A stretch of 64,000 nucleotides of DNA from Proteromonas lacertae (taxonomy: Eukaryota): NCBI GenBank assembly GCA_002245135.1, contig NGBS01000005.1:124001-188000 (forward strand), written 5' to 3'. This document shows, piece after piece, positions 40,929 through 54,301 of this stretch; the stretch's first letter is position 1; the number at the start of each line of letters is the position of its first letter. A program made the translations under genes and the position numbers. The notes beneath the pieces were generated by a model. It saw nothing but the letters and a program-made list of their open reading frames with translations, ran no database searches and was not told where the DNA came from.

Positions 40929-42296
40929 TCATCTACTATTAGGTATTGACATATGTCTTGTATTGCTATTATTACTATGCAGACTATCATTAATGCTATG
41001 AGGATTATTTGGTGGAGGATTAACCATCATTACAGTCAAAACTGGATCTCTTATAGATGTTGGATTAAGAGATCTTTTAACACTATTACTAATCTGATTA
41101 TTTAAGTTACTACCATCATTATTATTATTACTGTTATTATTTACAATATAATTATGAGAAGATCTAGTTCTATGTCTCATTCTATCTCCTAAACTTCCAT
41201 TATGAATTTGTGGAGAAGATGATGAACAGGATACTGTCAATACTTTCACTGGAATATGAACATTTGATGATTTCATTTGAATTAACCCATGAATTGAATT
41301 CGTGCGAGATGAATAACCACATTGATGTCTTATTTTATTAATCATATTATCAAAAGCTGATTTGTCTGGATTCTCTAAACAATAATCGTAATGGTATGGT
41401 GATGGTTCAGATGTGAATAATACTCGACTGATTCTATAACAACATGATTCTGAAGGTATTATTATTGGATCTTGTTGAGTATTTTTGTTATAATAATATT
41501 TAATTCTATTCATAATGTTCTTATAATGGTAATTAGTAAAAACTACATTCACTGTAATTAATTTTACTTGATAGATGAAAGCTTGAAATGCTATTGAGTT
41601 TTGAAAATATCCTAAGAATGATTTTATTGAATAAGTAGCTTGACTACCTGGCATATCTATCGCTGCAATTTCTAATGAGTATTCTAAATCGAAATAGATT
41701 GATTCGTTTAAGTGTAATTTCTCCATAAAATATTTGATTTGAGGCAATGTGATATATAAGTTACTATACACTTGACACATTGTTAATAGCATTGTCAGGA
41801 TGTGAGATACGTCAAAAAAAGCGAATATGCATACAAACAGAAAATAATCACTGTAATTTACAAATCCTATTTGAAATTATAACAAAACTAAAAAATACCT
41901 GAATTAAAGTATGTACGGATTAAACCTGAATATTCTGAACTGTATTTAGATATTATTTTTTCTATTTGTATGTATGTATCATCATTTTCTATTGACCACA
42001 TTGACAAATACGATTTAATTATTTTATTTGCTTCATAGGTAGATACTATTTTAACGAAATAATGTTTATTATATACAAAAACAAGTTTCAGCCATTAACC
42101 TCATATTGCAGCTTAGAGGTAGTAATAGATGTTTTCTAAGATATTTTTGTGAAGACTTTGCTTTTTCTGAAGCTTTGACCTATTCAAAATAACCAACTGC
42201 TAATACAATCGACTGAAGAGTAATTTCATCAGTAATTGAATTTCTTAACATGGCACTACTTCTCTGAGATATTCTAGGTTTCCGAGTAGAAGACAT
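40929..42296 (-). CDS. Degenerate EF-hand-like family, copy A
   Basis: Family motifs YEANKIIKSYLSMW, DYFLFVC, VYSNLYIT, PSESC, PSPYHYDY, GYSSR; three introns. Confidence 0.8.
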
Positions 42297-42550
42297 TCTA
42301 TTCATCACAATAAAAAAACGAAAATAATATTTTTTTATTCGTTTTATTTTTATTCAAATCTCATTTTCTTCTAGAAACAACAAATACAAGTTGTGTGGTT
42401 TTGATAGAGATATTCTGTTGTAGAAACAATGCTATTTTAAATAATCTACTATAAAAACAAATGAAAATTAAATCAGGATATTAAACTTTAATAAAGCATA
42501 AATTAGAATATACCAGTATATTTATTAAATTAATAAATATAAATAAAAGA

Positions 42551-43829
42551 TTAGCAGAATATTTGATTAGAATCTTCAATGGATGGAGCAATTTGAACTT
42601 TTCTTGAATGTAAATTTGGTGTATTAGCTAAAAAAGATATGGAATCTCCTCTTGATCTTGATCTATCAATAGTTGGAACAACGAAACCTTTAACAGATAA
42701 CGATTTATTCACATTTATTCTTCTTTTTGAACCTTGTTCACTTGTTTTTAAGATATGGATAAATCCAGAGTGTGACAAACCACTAGATCTATCTCTATTA
42801 CTAATAAGTGAGTTGGTTCTTAAAGAATAACCATAATACTGTTTTATTTCTACAATTATCTCATCGAAAGTATGTTCAGTTGGATTTAGAGTTGAATAAT
42901 CATAATAGTAAGGAGATGGAGACTTTGTAAAAACTCTGACAATTCTTTCATACCAAGGTTCTGATGGAACTTTATCATTCTTTTTACAAGAATAATAAAA
43001 TGACATCTTTCTTTTGATGATTTTGAATTGTGAGAATTTAATGGTAAAATTTATTAATTGACCTTTTAGAGAGTATAAGAATTGATTAAATGCATTATAA
43101 TCTTTAAAATAGTTTATAAAACTTTTTAAAGAAAATGATGGAGTTCTATATATCAAACTTTCTAAAATATATACTCAGATGCAACTCTTGATTCTTCCAA
43201 TTTGTTACACAAATCATTTACACGAATGAACTTTAAATCATACTTTTCACAGAATAGTTCAATTTGGTTCTAATGAAAATAAAACAATACTTCTAATAGA
43301 TATATACTCTTGTTATGAATATATTACTATATATTCTCACTAATGACAATAGAAGACACACTATTCGAGTATTATCGAAGAATATCATCACACATATAAA
43401 CACAAAGAAATCATGGTAATATACAATATCTATGAATATAGATAAATATCATTAATACCATTTTCAAAGAAACTTTTAATGATTGATGCGAATTTATCAC
43501 TAAAACAGCTTGTCAAGTGAAGAAATTTTGACATAATTGTAGGTTATATCTTTAGCCCATAACTCTAGATAAGCTCTTTGAATTAGAGAAATTTCATATT
43601 TATTCACTATGATAAAAATAGGGCCTATATAAAACATACAAAATAAAGAATCTGCTATATGAACATCTATTCTACCCAAACCTAATATTAAAGGATAACC
43701 TTTGTTGTTGTGATATTTATCGTAGTTGTACACCTCCAGCTAGAATGAAATATACAATAGGAGTCATACAAGCCTTTCAGCAGTCAATTCATCTGAATCA
43801 TATTCTATATTTTTATTTGCAACTGACAT
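42551..43829 (-). CDS. Degenerate EF-hand-like family, copy B (apparent +1 frameshift near 43500-43520)
   Basis: YEISLIQRAYLELW, DFFVFIC, IYSNIFIT, PSPYYYDY, YGYSLR; five introns; one extra base breaks the frame. Confidence 0.75.
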
Positions 43830-44281
43830 TGATTTAAACTAATCTTCAGGAAAGAATATTGAGGTAAAAATTTTAAAAATGTAATTTACACATGTCATTT
43901 TACACCATTCTTATAAAATAATGAATGAATAAATGGGTAAATACTATTATAATGTTCTATGTTTTTAACATGTGTAGAATTGAATATTGAAAGAAGTTAT
44001 ATAGAATTCGAAAATTTTATCAACATTTTGCTACAGAAGATGTTTGATAGATTAAATTACATATAATATCGTTTGTTGTGTTGAATAACATAGATGCTAA
44101 GTCTTGCTAATTAGTTTCTATAAAATTACTTCATTACCTTACAACGAGGTAAAAAGATATGTTAAATAAGTCAATTATATGAATATTAAAAATGGTAAAA
44201 TCATGTTTGTAAATTATTATCATCTGATTATTATAAAGAGTTAACAAAATTGTAAACTGATTCAATAGTGTTCCAGATACA

Positions 44282-45462
44282 ATGCAATGTCTAATCTCTC
44301 ACAAAAAGAAGCTTATAAAGATACCTGATTATCTTTACAGCGACAAAAATAAACTTGTTGTATAATAGCTTGAAATTTTGTTTTGATTAGGATTTTTTAA
44401 ACTCCATTCACCAGGAAAAATTGAATTCGCTTGATGGTTATGATTTAGAGACTGAAAAGCAAATAGAAGTATATTGTAATACTATTATTATAATATTATA
44501 GAAGGAAATTATCAAAATTAGTATTGAAAATGTAAATAGTAACAAAAAACTTACCAAAGATATCAAAAATGAATTGATTAAAGTATATAAATAGATCACT
44601 ATCCTATAGTGTATTTCTCATTATCGTAATTACCAGAAAAAAGATGTGAATACTGAGTATGGTTGTAAACATTATAAGAAAATGTGTTTAATTTTAGCTG
44701 AATGTTGTAATAAATACTATACATGTCGTTTATGCCATGATGAATGTGAAACTCATCAAATTGATCGTTCAAAAATCAAAACAGTAAAATGTCTTTTATG
44801 TGACACTGTTCAAAACATCAGTAATAAATGCATAAATTGTAATATCGAGTTTGCTAGGTATTACTGTGATATTTGTCATTTCTTCAATGATGATAAAAGC
44901 ATTGATATATATGTATTAATTATACTTTATTATTGATAAATAGCATTGTAATAAATGTGGTATTTGTAGAGTAGGAAAGAAAGAAGATTATATTCACTGT
45001 GATAAATGTGAAGGTTGTTTCAGTAAAGTAGGTCATATTTGTATAGAAAAGAATATGAAATCCAATTGTCCTATATGTTTTGAAAGTATATTTGAATCAA
45101 GAGAATCTTCTACTGTTTTAAGATGTGGACATATCATTCATAAAACATGTTTGTCATTGTATTTACAGAATAATTATGTATGTCCTTTCTGTTCCAAATC
45201 TATATACGATGCTATTGAATATTATAAGAGTATAGATGACTTTTTAAAGGATGAAGTTCTTCCACAAGAATTCGATGGTTTGTATAATTTAATATATTGT
45301 AATGATTGTGAGAAGAAATGTTATGCAAAATTTCATTTTAAATATCACAAGTGTAGTTATTGTAATGGATATAATACAATTGTTGTTAAAAATTTGTCTA
45401 AAAAGGAAAGTTTATCTGAAGATGATATTGAAAAAATAACAGTTTATATAAATACAAAATAA
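44282..45462 (+). CDS. RCHY1: CHY zinc finger + RING-H2 E3 ligase (Pirh2-like)
   Basis: YGCKHY...CCNKYYTCRLCHD, YYCDICHFF, CGICRVG, NCPICFE...LRCGHIIH, CPFCSKS, IYCNDC, HKCSYCNGYNT. Start codon is tentative. Confidence 0.88.
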
Positions 45463-45473
45463 AATTATACAAA

Positions 45474-46154
45474 TTAGTAAAGTAATTTAATCTTATTATT
45501 AATTCTTCTTCTATATGTTTTGCTCATTAGATATTCACATTTTTTAACATTTCTACAGTATAAACACAAACTACATAATTCATAATCATTCTTTTTAATT
45601 GAATACCTTATATATGAATAGAGCTCTTTAGAATGTTTTAATCTGTCACATCTGTAGCAGCCACTACTCTCATTTGTACACCTTTTTTCCCAATCACCAA
45701 GCTGTGTGATTGATTTGAAGACTTCTGATGCACATTTTAAGCAAATATAAGCACAATCACGATAATTAAAGCATTCTATCATACTGACATTGTTTTGACA
45801 TCTTAAACATAATACTTTGGATTTTTCAAGTAATTGATATTTTTTAACTGCTTTTTGAAATTCAATTGTATGTTTAATGTTATTCTTTGCAGCTGTAATG
45901 GTTTTCTGCTTTATTTCTTCTTTCACTATATTGAATTTATTATCTGGAGTTATTACTGATTTAGGACTGTCATGTGGTGTAACTTGTGCTTTATATTCTT
46001 GAGTAGTGAAAAAATTACTAGGTACTAAAACTATTTGAGGGGTTGTAAGATAATTTAAAACAGGATTTATTATAACCTTAGGAAGATTATCATCATAAGG
46101 ATATATTGTGGATGTCGAAGTTGTAGAGAGCTTATGAAATGCTGAACAATGCAT
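45474..46154 (-). CDS. Hypothetical protein with C-terminal CxxC clusters (putative Zn-binding)
   Basis: Intronless 226-aa ORF with CLRC, CLKC, CYRC and CSLCLYC. Confidence 0.6.
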   Translation of the reverse strand: MHCSAFHKLSTTSTSTIYPYDDNLPKVIINPVLNYLTTPQIVLVPSNFFTTQEYKAQVTPHDSPKSVITPDNKFNIVKEEIKQKTITAAKNNIKHTIEFQKAVKKYQLLEKSKVLCLRCQNNVSMIECFNYRDCAYICLKCASEVFKSITQLGDWEKRCTNESSGCYRCDRLKHSKELYSYIRYSIKKNDYELCSLCLYCRNVKKCEYLMSKTYRRRINNKIKLLY

Positions 46155-46575
46155 GTTTCTAAATTCTGTCAGATAAAAACAAATGTTTAATATTTTGTCA
46201 AAACAATTGTTTTTTTGGGTTGTTTTTTTGTCAAATTAGTGGCATTCCATAATCTTGAATAAATAATAATCATAATAGGTAAATATTCATATATCTTAAT
46301 GATTGAAACTCTAACCTAAAGCTTTTACCTGATTATTTGTTAATCACTTTTATACACCAACATAACATCTTCTACTTGTTAACTTTAGTATAAACTAATT
46401 GTTTATATACTTTTCTAATGTTTTGGAAGGGTTGATATTATTTATCTCTTTCTTTTTAAATGCATAAACGAAAGTATATTACTTACATATCGATTTTTAT
46501 CTTGTATTAATTCACATAGTGACATTATCATACATTCACAAAACAATGTAATTTATATTTCATTATACCTCGTCA

Positions 46576-47125
46576 ATGTCAGAATTCTATTTTATGAAAT
46601 TCACAATTATAGAAAGAATGTATATCGTATCTGAAATAGAAATACTTTAGTATTATATGTATACATGAAAATAGATACATCAAATAAGTTATTTAAAGGT
46701 AAATACTTACCTATCAATAAATTATCACTACATATAGAGATATTTATTCCAATTTTGTGAATATAATTTACACATAATGTGTTCTCTACTGTATTAGACT
46801 CAAAATATATTAAAAACGAACAAATAAATGAAGATCTTCCTTATAGAATAATATTACTTTTTAAATAGAAGACACTTTGAAAATAGGGTATGTTATGTGG
46901 TTAATAACTAGATTATATTTTTATCATTCAGATAGAAAAGTAATGTATATTTTATACTCTTAATAGCTGTAATATATTCTAATTTATATCTACATTATCA
47001 TACAGTCATAAAAATTATCAGAGTTACAAAAGTATCTTCATTGTTTGGTTTTATGTTAGAGTGTATATACACTTAATAGCATTGTAAAAAATGATACAAG
47101 AAATTATCATTACAATGACCTATGT
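46576..47125 (+). pseudogene. Probable decayed tenth copy of the EF-hand-like family
   Basis: ATG...IER followed by a GT..TTTAG intron-like stretch, GKYLPINKLSLHI (cf. GCYLPLTQ in copy F) and NYHYND (cf. PYHYDY) near 47105; otherwise full of stops. Confidence 0.35.
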
Positions 47126-47244
47126 CTTTTTATAAATAATTTGGTTTAATAAAATGTCATTTTAGTAGTTACACTTGTATTTAATTGGTTAATTGTTTTT
47201 TATATTTTTTTGAGCTAAGTGAGACATATATCTTATTTCTATTT

Positions 47245-48421
47245 ATGAGTACATTGGTATCTGATTGTAAGCAGAACAAAGATATCAATATAGAATTACT
47301 TGTATGAGATAGATTCTATATTTTTAGGATAAATCCTTCAAAGTAATATCAAAGCGAAAGAATGTGCCTTCTAAAAAATTATTATTGCCATTGGGAGCAT
47401 GTGGAGAGCGTACGGCAAAGACATTGTTCAGTATTATAAATCTAAGTGCTTAAATATAATATAAATAGTGAATATCTACGAAATAAATTTAATAATGAAA
47501 TCATATATAGAAATATGGTCGAAAGCGAGATTCTGTATATATGTCCAAGTTGAACAGTTCTTGGACTGTTATCCAGAAGAGACTCATGCATTCTTCCTAC
47601 AATTCTTCCAATCAGGTGTTGTCACTGCAGATGCATATTTTGTGTTTGTGTGTTTGTTTTTATTCTTCTCTCCTTCTCAAATAATATCAATAGTTTTGGC
47701 TAATTGTAAAGTATATAGTAATTTAATAATTACAACTGACCAAATTCAATCAATGTTCCAATACTTCCCAAAAGAAACAAAAGAAAAAATCAATATAAAT
47801 TCAATCATTACATTATCACAGTCATGCAGCACACCTCTATTACAGCAATCTCACCTTACAAATACTATACCAATCAAACCTTTTATAGATTATTTATCAG
47901 CATCACCTGTAATACACTCATTATTATACGATTTCCAAACAATTTTGATTAAGTATACTATATCTCTGCCAATCTATTATGAAATGATACAAAAACATTT
48001 CTATTTATACAATCAATTTAGATTAAACCTTCCTCATCCTTCTGAATCCTGTTGGAGTAAAGTAAACCGTATATTATTCACCACAAAGCCATCTCCATTT
48101 CATTTTGACTATTGTTTAGGAAATCCTACAACAAAAAGTATGGATGAATTGATCATTTTTTTGAAGACAAAAAATGGCTATTCATCCAGACCTCAATCGA
48201 GTTATGAATTGAAATCAAATTCAAATTCACCTCAACTTATATTAGATGGTTCTAGAAAACACAAATCCTATTTGTCACTTAGTTCTCCTAATTATTCATC
48301 ATTTATGCCTCCCATTGATAGTAGTCCAGGTAGTATAAACGATAGTAATAACAGTACAGCAAAATTCTCAATATCTCGAAATCAAGGGAAAATACATCCT
48401 CTTCCCAAGCATATTCCATGA
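47245..48421 (+). CDS. Degenerate EF-hand-like family, copy C
   Basis: YEINLIMKSYIEIW, YFVFVCLF, VYSNLIIT, PSESC, PSPFHFDY, GYSSR; two introns. Confidence 0.8.
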
Positions 48422-48578
48422 AATATTATTTATTTATTGATATTTATATTTTATAAACTTATATTTGATGAAGGTTGTTTTTTTTTAACGAAAAAATCCC
48501 CCAACAGAAATTGTTTTATAATTTTTAAAATTTTGACAATCCCTTATATTTCTTTTCTTCTCAATTTGTTTTTTATAA

Positions 48579-49907
48579 ATGTTTGCAGTAAACGATAATC
48601 AAATGTCGCCTGTAATAGGCACAGAAGAATTGGTATATTTTTTATGTAATTCTTTAGAGAAAAGCTTATGAAGTAATACATAAACATAATAAAACGTTCC
48701 GTTCGTTCGTTCCATTACACTTAGATCAGTCAGCTATTTATATTTGTAGTTCATTATTTCGTATGTCATATTTTTTTAACTTTCATAGTTAATAAATATG
48801 AAGTGAACGATATACTAACGGTCTATCTGGGATTATGGAGTTGTAACCCTGAATTAGACCATGTTCCTTTAGAAAGACTTATTACACATTTTCCTGATGA
48901 TTACTCTGGTCTTTTGAGATCATTTTTCATGAATCCAAGGATTACATGTAGTGATTACATAATATTTGTGTGTTTTTTTACATTTTATGACATACCTCAA
49001 TTTGTTCCAGTGTTTTTAACAATGAGTCATATTTTAAGTAATGTATTTGTGTCACAAGAACAATTATATTCATTTTTCACAAAATTTGGCTTAAAGAAAG
49101 AAGATTATAATGATTTATCACCACTACTAAAAGAATCAACTTATGAAGTTGAAGAGTATATATATAATTTATATTTATTATTATATAGTTGTCCAACGAA
49201 TGCCTTTTCAGTTAAAGTCTTTGAACACTATTTAAAAACAAATCTCACATTTACCTCTTATATTTATAAACTAAAATCATTTTTACTCGATTTCTGTGTT
49301 GATCCAATAGCTGTGTATAGGATACAAGAAAGAATGAAGTTTTATTATAGTCATAATGCTGATAATATCAGTCTAATTGAAAAGCCAAAAGAATCATGTT
49401 TGAATAAAGCTTATAGATATCTCTTCAGTAGCCTGTCCTGAGCCATATCATTATGATTATGCTATTAAAAACATAACTGAAGAAAAAGCTAAAGAAGAAA
49501 TTGTTTTTATGATTAAAAAGAGATTTGGATATTCCATGAGAGGTAGTTCATTGCTTCATTGGAATCCTATCTCAAGAGTTAGAGCTAATAGCCATTTTAC
49601 AGCTAGAACACCAACATCTACCAGAAATCACACAACTAGAAATCGTGCTAATTCATATGCAATAGGTCCAAATAATGATATAAAGATTAATAAAATGAGT
49701 AATAACAATAGTATTGATGAAAAAGAAAATGAAAAGAAGAAGATAAGAAAGAACAGATCTTTGAATATTGAAACCGCTAATACATATAGTTTCTTAAGTC
49801 CATTAAAATCACCGATATTTAACAGATTAAGTAGTAATGAAGTTATAATTCCTCATAAGATATCAGTAGAACCTCATCGAGGAAGTAACAAGATTTTCCC
49901 TATTTAA
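48579..49907 (+). CDS. Degenerate EF-hand-like family, copy D (apparent +1 frameshift near 49432)
   Basis: YEVNDILTVYLGLW, DYIIFVC, PKESC; CPEPYHYDY...FGYSMR continue in the +1 frame. Confidence 0.75.
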
Positions 49908-50096
49908 GCGTTTTATTTATCAGATTATTTAATTTTTTTATATTTGTTGATTATTTTTTTTATGAATACTGTCTGTATGAAATGTTTGTTCTGTTGTTTG
50001 AAATAATTTAAAAAATTTATGTCAAGCCAAACTTCAGTTGATTTATTTGTTCGATTTTTATAGTGTATTAAATAAATAATTTAGTAAATAAAAAGT

Positions 50097-51315
50097 ATGT
50101 CAATAGTATCCCCATTGAATACCTCGATGATGAATGAGGTAAATAATGTTGATTACGTATCTTATTTGTTCTTTTATACTTAGAACCATGCATATCGTCA
50201 AATGGAAAAAGGAATAAATAAACGGCACAAGTTATTATACTGTTCTATATCACAAGCTACACAATTAATCGCAAAGACTCTGTTTTGTATATATTTACAT
50301 ATCTGATATAAATTTTAATAGTAAGTATTTATGAAGTAAATAAAATTGAGTGTTCATATCTTAAATTGTGGATTAAACACCCAGAAAACAGTTTTGTATA
50401 TAAAAACGATATAGCTATGCTGTTTCTACCTCAAAATAGAGGATTTGTAAATAATTTTTTTCCTAACGGTATGATTTTTATAATTTAATAATTAGATCAA
50501 GTTAGTTGTAATGATTATGTGTTGTTTATATGTTTTTTCTTGTTCTATGATGTTAATGATATTCTCACAGTGTTATTAGCAATGTGTGGTGTAAATAGTA
50601 ACATATTAATATCTAAAGAAAAAGTGATTCGGTTTTTTGTAAATTTTAGTTTAGTTGAAAGTGATTATGCTGATTTATTTATGTTGTTAAATCAATCAAA
50701 AGCATCTATGACAGAGTATTATTTATATATTATATTATATTATATTATAATCATAGTTATGATTCATATCCATTGAAAGTATGTGTAAATTACTTCAAAA
50801 CCAATTTCAATTTTTCAGTTGTAATACACACATTCAAGCAAGATTTAAGTAAAGTGACTTCTTTAGATGAAGAAGATATATCCATAATAGAAGACAAAAG
50901 ATTTTATTATAATAAAATATTACAAGATTCAATGAATATCTCAGAAACTCCTATTGATCCAAACCAAGCCTTTATATTTATGCCAAAACCACCTGAATCA
51001 TGCTTTTCTAAAATATATAGGAAATTATGTACTACCAGACCTAATCCATACCATTATGATTTCTTTATTTATGTATCTCCTAATAAACTAAAAGCAACAT
51101 TGTTATCTCAATTGAAACAGAAATTTGGATATTCTGGAAGAGGTAATTCTTATCAAAGTCTATTTATGTCTCCAAGATTGAATGTGAGGATATCAACAGG
51201 AGAAAATAGTAAAACGAAGAAAACATCATCTAAACTGTCTGGTAAATGCTTTTCATCTCCGTCTCTTGATAATATGTCTTCATTGTATTCAAAGAAGAAT
51301 CTACCTAACACTTAG
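50097..51315 (+). CDS. Degenerate EF-hand-like family, copy E
   Basis: YEVNKIECSYLKLW, DYVLFIC, PPESC, PNPYHYDF, FGYSGR; four introns. Confidence 0.8.
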
Positions 51316-51627
51316 AATTATATGTAGTTAAAATAGTTATTAGTATATTATATTCGAAATTTAATTTGAAATTTGTTCTTTTGTGTTTAAAAGTAAAATC
51401 ATAATCTGTTCTTTCTTTATTAAATTGTTTGTAAATCTTTTTAATTTCTTATATTTCATTTATATATTGATGTAATGTGTATTGATATTACATCATCTCG
51501 TTATAGCATGAGTATTATGCAATTAAATGAATTGAATCAATAATATAGTCGTTTCAACTACAATTTTTTTTGTTTTATTTTTGCGTTTTTTATTCATAGA
51601 GCATAGGCATTTATAGTATATTATTAT

Positions 51628-52826
51628 ATGTCAGTTGCACAATTCGGAGATAGCTTTAATGCCAAAGATTTTCCTATTTCTTCTCTCGTATTGTTTTTTA
51701 TCTGACAAATTAGGAATTTTCATGTAATTTAATGCTTTCACATAAAAGTGGTAGATATGCTGGATGCTATTTACCTCTTACTCAAGTTAATATGTCAATG
51801 TCTCAAACATTATTCTTAAATAAGAATGAAATTAATATCATTCAAGAGTCCTATTTGATGTTATGGGGTAGAAATCAAAGAATGAATTATATATTACCTT
51901 CAGAAGTGCTTAATGAAATAGATAGTAGTTACGAAGTTTTAGTCAAAAAATATTTCATGAAACGTATATTACTCAATATTCTTATTATTATTAATATAGC
52001 AGAAATATATTTTGATGAGTATTTTACGTTTATCTGTGTGTTTGTTTTTTATGAACCAAGTCAGTTATTCAATCTTCTTCTATCAATATGTAACATTCAC
52101 AGCAATATATTCATATCAAAAGGGCAACTAGCAGAAATATCAAAAATATTTAATGGTAAAATAGTTTCTTCACAATTTGTTAATATTTTAAATAATTGTT
52201 CAAAAAACGATAATACTGAGTATAATTTATTATTATTATTTCTATCTATCATTATTATCATTAGATATCCTCCAAATACATTTTCAGTGAAAACATTAAA
52301 CTCTGTAATAAACGCATGTGATGCTTATAGAGAGTATTTCTCTCAATTAAGAAATCAATTAATAAATTTGACTATTACTCCAGAAATGTATAATAATATA
52401 GTGAAAAGAAGAGTATTTTATAATGAACATGGTATTACTGCTATTCCGCCGCCAGAACCATGTTTCTCTAAGTTAATTCGAAGTACATTATCTAAAACAC
52501 CATCGCCATATCACTATGATTATTCTCCTTCTACGCCCAACCAAAATGGAATGGAAGAAGTATTATTCTCTATAAGGCAAAGATTTGGTTATTCTTCTAG
52601 AAGAAGTTCATATGTTGTTAATTCAATACCTTTAACTCGTTCAAGTAAATCACTAAAATCACCTGATACTGTATTGAGTAATAGTCACCATTGTGCTGGT
52701 GAAATTAAACATAGAACCACATTTTCTTCAAAAGTAACAAAGAAATCGTCTAGATATAAATCTTGTTCAGATATGAAGCAGCAGTTATTAATAGATGTAA
52801 TTTCACCGAAAGATGAGAGTAGTTAG
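51628..52826 (+). CDS. Degenerate EF-hand-like family, copy F
   Basis: NEINIIQESYLMLW, EYFTFIC, HSNIFIS, PEPC, PSPYHYDY, FGYSSR; three introns, two of them in-frame. Confidence 0.8.
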
Positions 52827-52956
52827 TATTTATTCTTGATTTGTGAAGTTGTTGAACAATGGGTATTTTAAACATAATCGAAAATTTTCGTTTACCATTA
52901 TTTCGGTTTTAAAATTCATTTATTAATATATCAGCCCATAATACATGAACAAGTAA

Positions 52957-54079
52957 ATGAATAAAGAAAAAACTAGAACCAGTTCCAGTTCATGCTACTC
53001 ATTGAGTGGACCACACCATATACAGATAGATAAACAATTTCTTGTATATTTCAAATGTTATACTGTAGACTGCTGCTTATCGACTCTATTTAATAAAAGC
53101 AAAACAAAAGTTTCCTGAAGTTTGCCTACCTTTAACTCAATCCTGTTATTTGATTAGCCAGTCACTATTTTGTATAAATTGATTTGTTTAATTATTAATA
53201 ATAGTAAATAACTATGAAGTTAATAAGATCTTTGGATCCTATTTGACAGTATGGAGTCAATGTCAATCTCATAATTTTATTCCATTAAAAGTATTGGCAG
53301 TCAGATTTCATCCGATATATCGTTCAATTTTAAAAGCATTTTTCACAAATGATGAAGTACATTATGATGATTTCTTTCTTTTCGTCTGTCTCATACTCTT
53401 CTGTGAAATAGATAGAATTACATCAGTACTTTTATCATTATGTGAAGTTAGAAGTAATTTATTTATTACATATGAACAAATTGTTAAATTTGTGAAAAAC
53501 TTGGATGAAAAAATCTTGTTAGCACTTGATTTGAGTGAAGTATTGAATCAATCACACATTGAAGTAAATGATTCACAAGTTGACACTTATTCAGTTAAAT
53601 CATTTCAATATTGCCTTTCATCCTCAATTGCTTATCAGACGTTCATATGTCAATTAAAGAACAATATTTTAGATGTAACATTGGGGAAGAAATTGTATAA
53701 TAGAATAGTTAATAGAAGATCATATTTTATTGCACATCCCAATGCAAAACCTCCAAAAGAGTCTTGTACTGCCAAAATATATAGAACATTACTCACAAAT
53801 GAGCCAAGTCCATATTATTATGATTTTATTAGTCCAGATCCAGTAAAATCTCTCAATGATAGTGTAGTTCTAATGAAACAAGGATTTGGTTATGCAGAAA
53901 GAAAGAATTCTACCACAGAACCACAACATACTCCAATTTCTAAAGGAAGGCCTTCATTTAATAAAAAGGATTTATCTGGTAATTCAAGAATAATTACTGT
54001 AAGACAGAAGTCAACAAGGTTTTCAAATTTATCTCCACATGATACACATGAGGAACATGATGAAAATGTTACTGTGTAA
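52957..54079 (+). CDS. Degenerate EF-hand-like family, copy G
   Basis: YEVNKIFGSYLTVW, DFFLFVC, RSNLFIT, TLGKKLY, PKESC, PSPYYYDF, FGYAER; two introns. Confidence 0.8.
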
Positions 54080-54301
54080 AATAATTCAACTAATATAGTT
54101 ATTTATATTGTTAGATTTGATAGTTATATCTTCATGTTATTAAGTTATACCTGTAATTTTATTTTGTTTATATTTTTGGTGTTTGTTGTGTAGAATGAGT
54201 TATATATGTAATGTTATAAAATTTATTTTAGAAGTTGTCCGTTTCATCATTTTTAATTTTATTTGAATTTTTTATTTATTGTTGTTTAGAAAAATGAAAG
54301 A

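Noticed and set aside
43930..44075. Short coding-like stretch (ELNIERSYIEFENFINILLQKMF)
   Set aside because: Ends after about 30 codons and could not be spliced credibly to RCHY1 or the array family.
46703..46712. ATACTTACCT resembling the U1 snRNA 5' end
   Set aside because: No following GC-rich stems or Sm site; it falls within the putative KYLP relic codons.
16954..49441. Euplotes-like stop-induced +1 ribosomal frameshifting as the cause of the frame breaks
   Set aside because: Conserved residues (PEPYHY, PTTPPPTQSP, TTRYYR) are already in the new frame well upstream of the stop codons, so the shifts do not occur at the stops; two breaks are -1.
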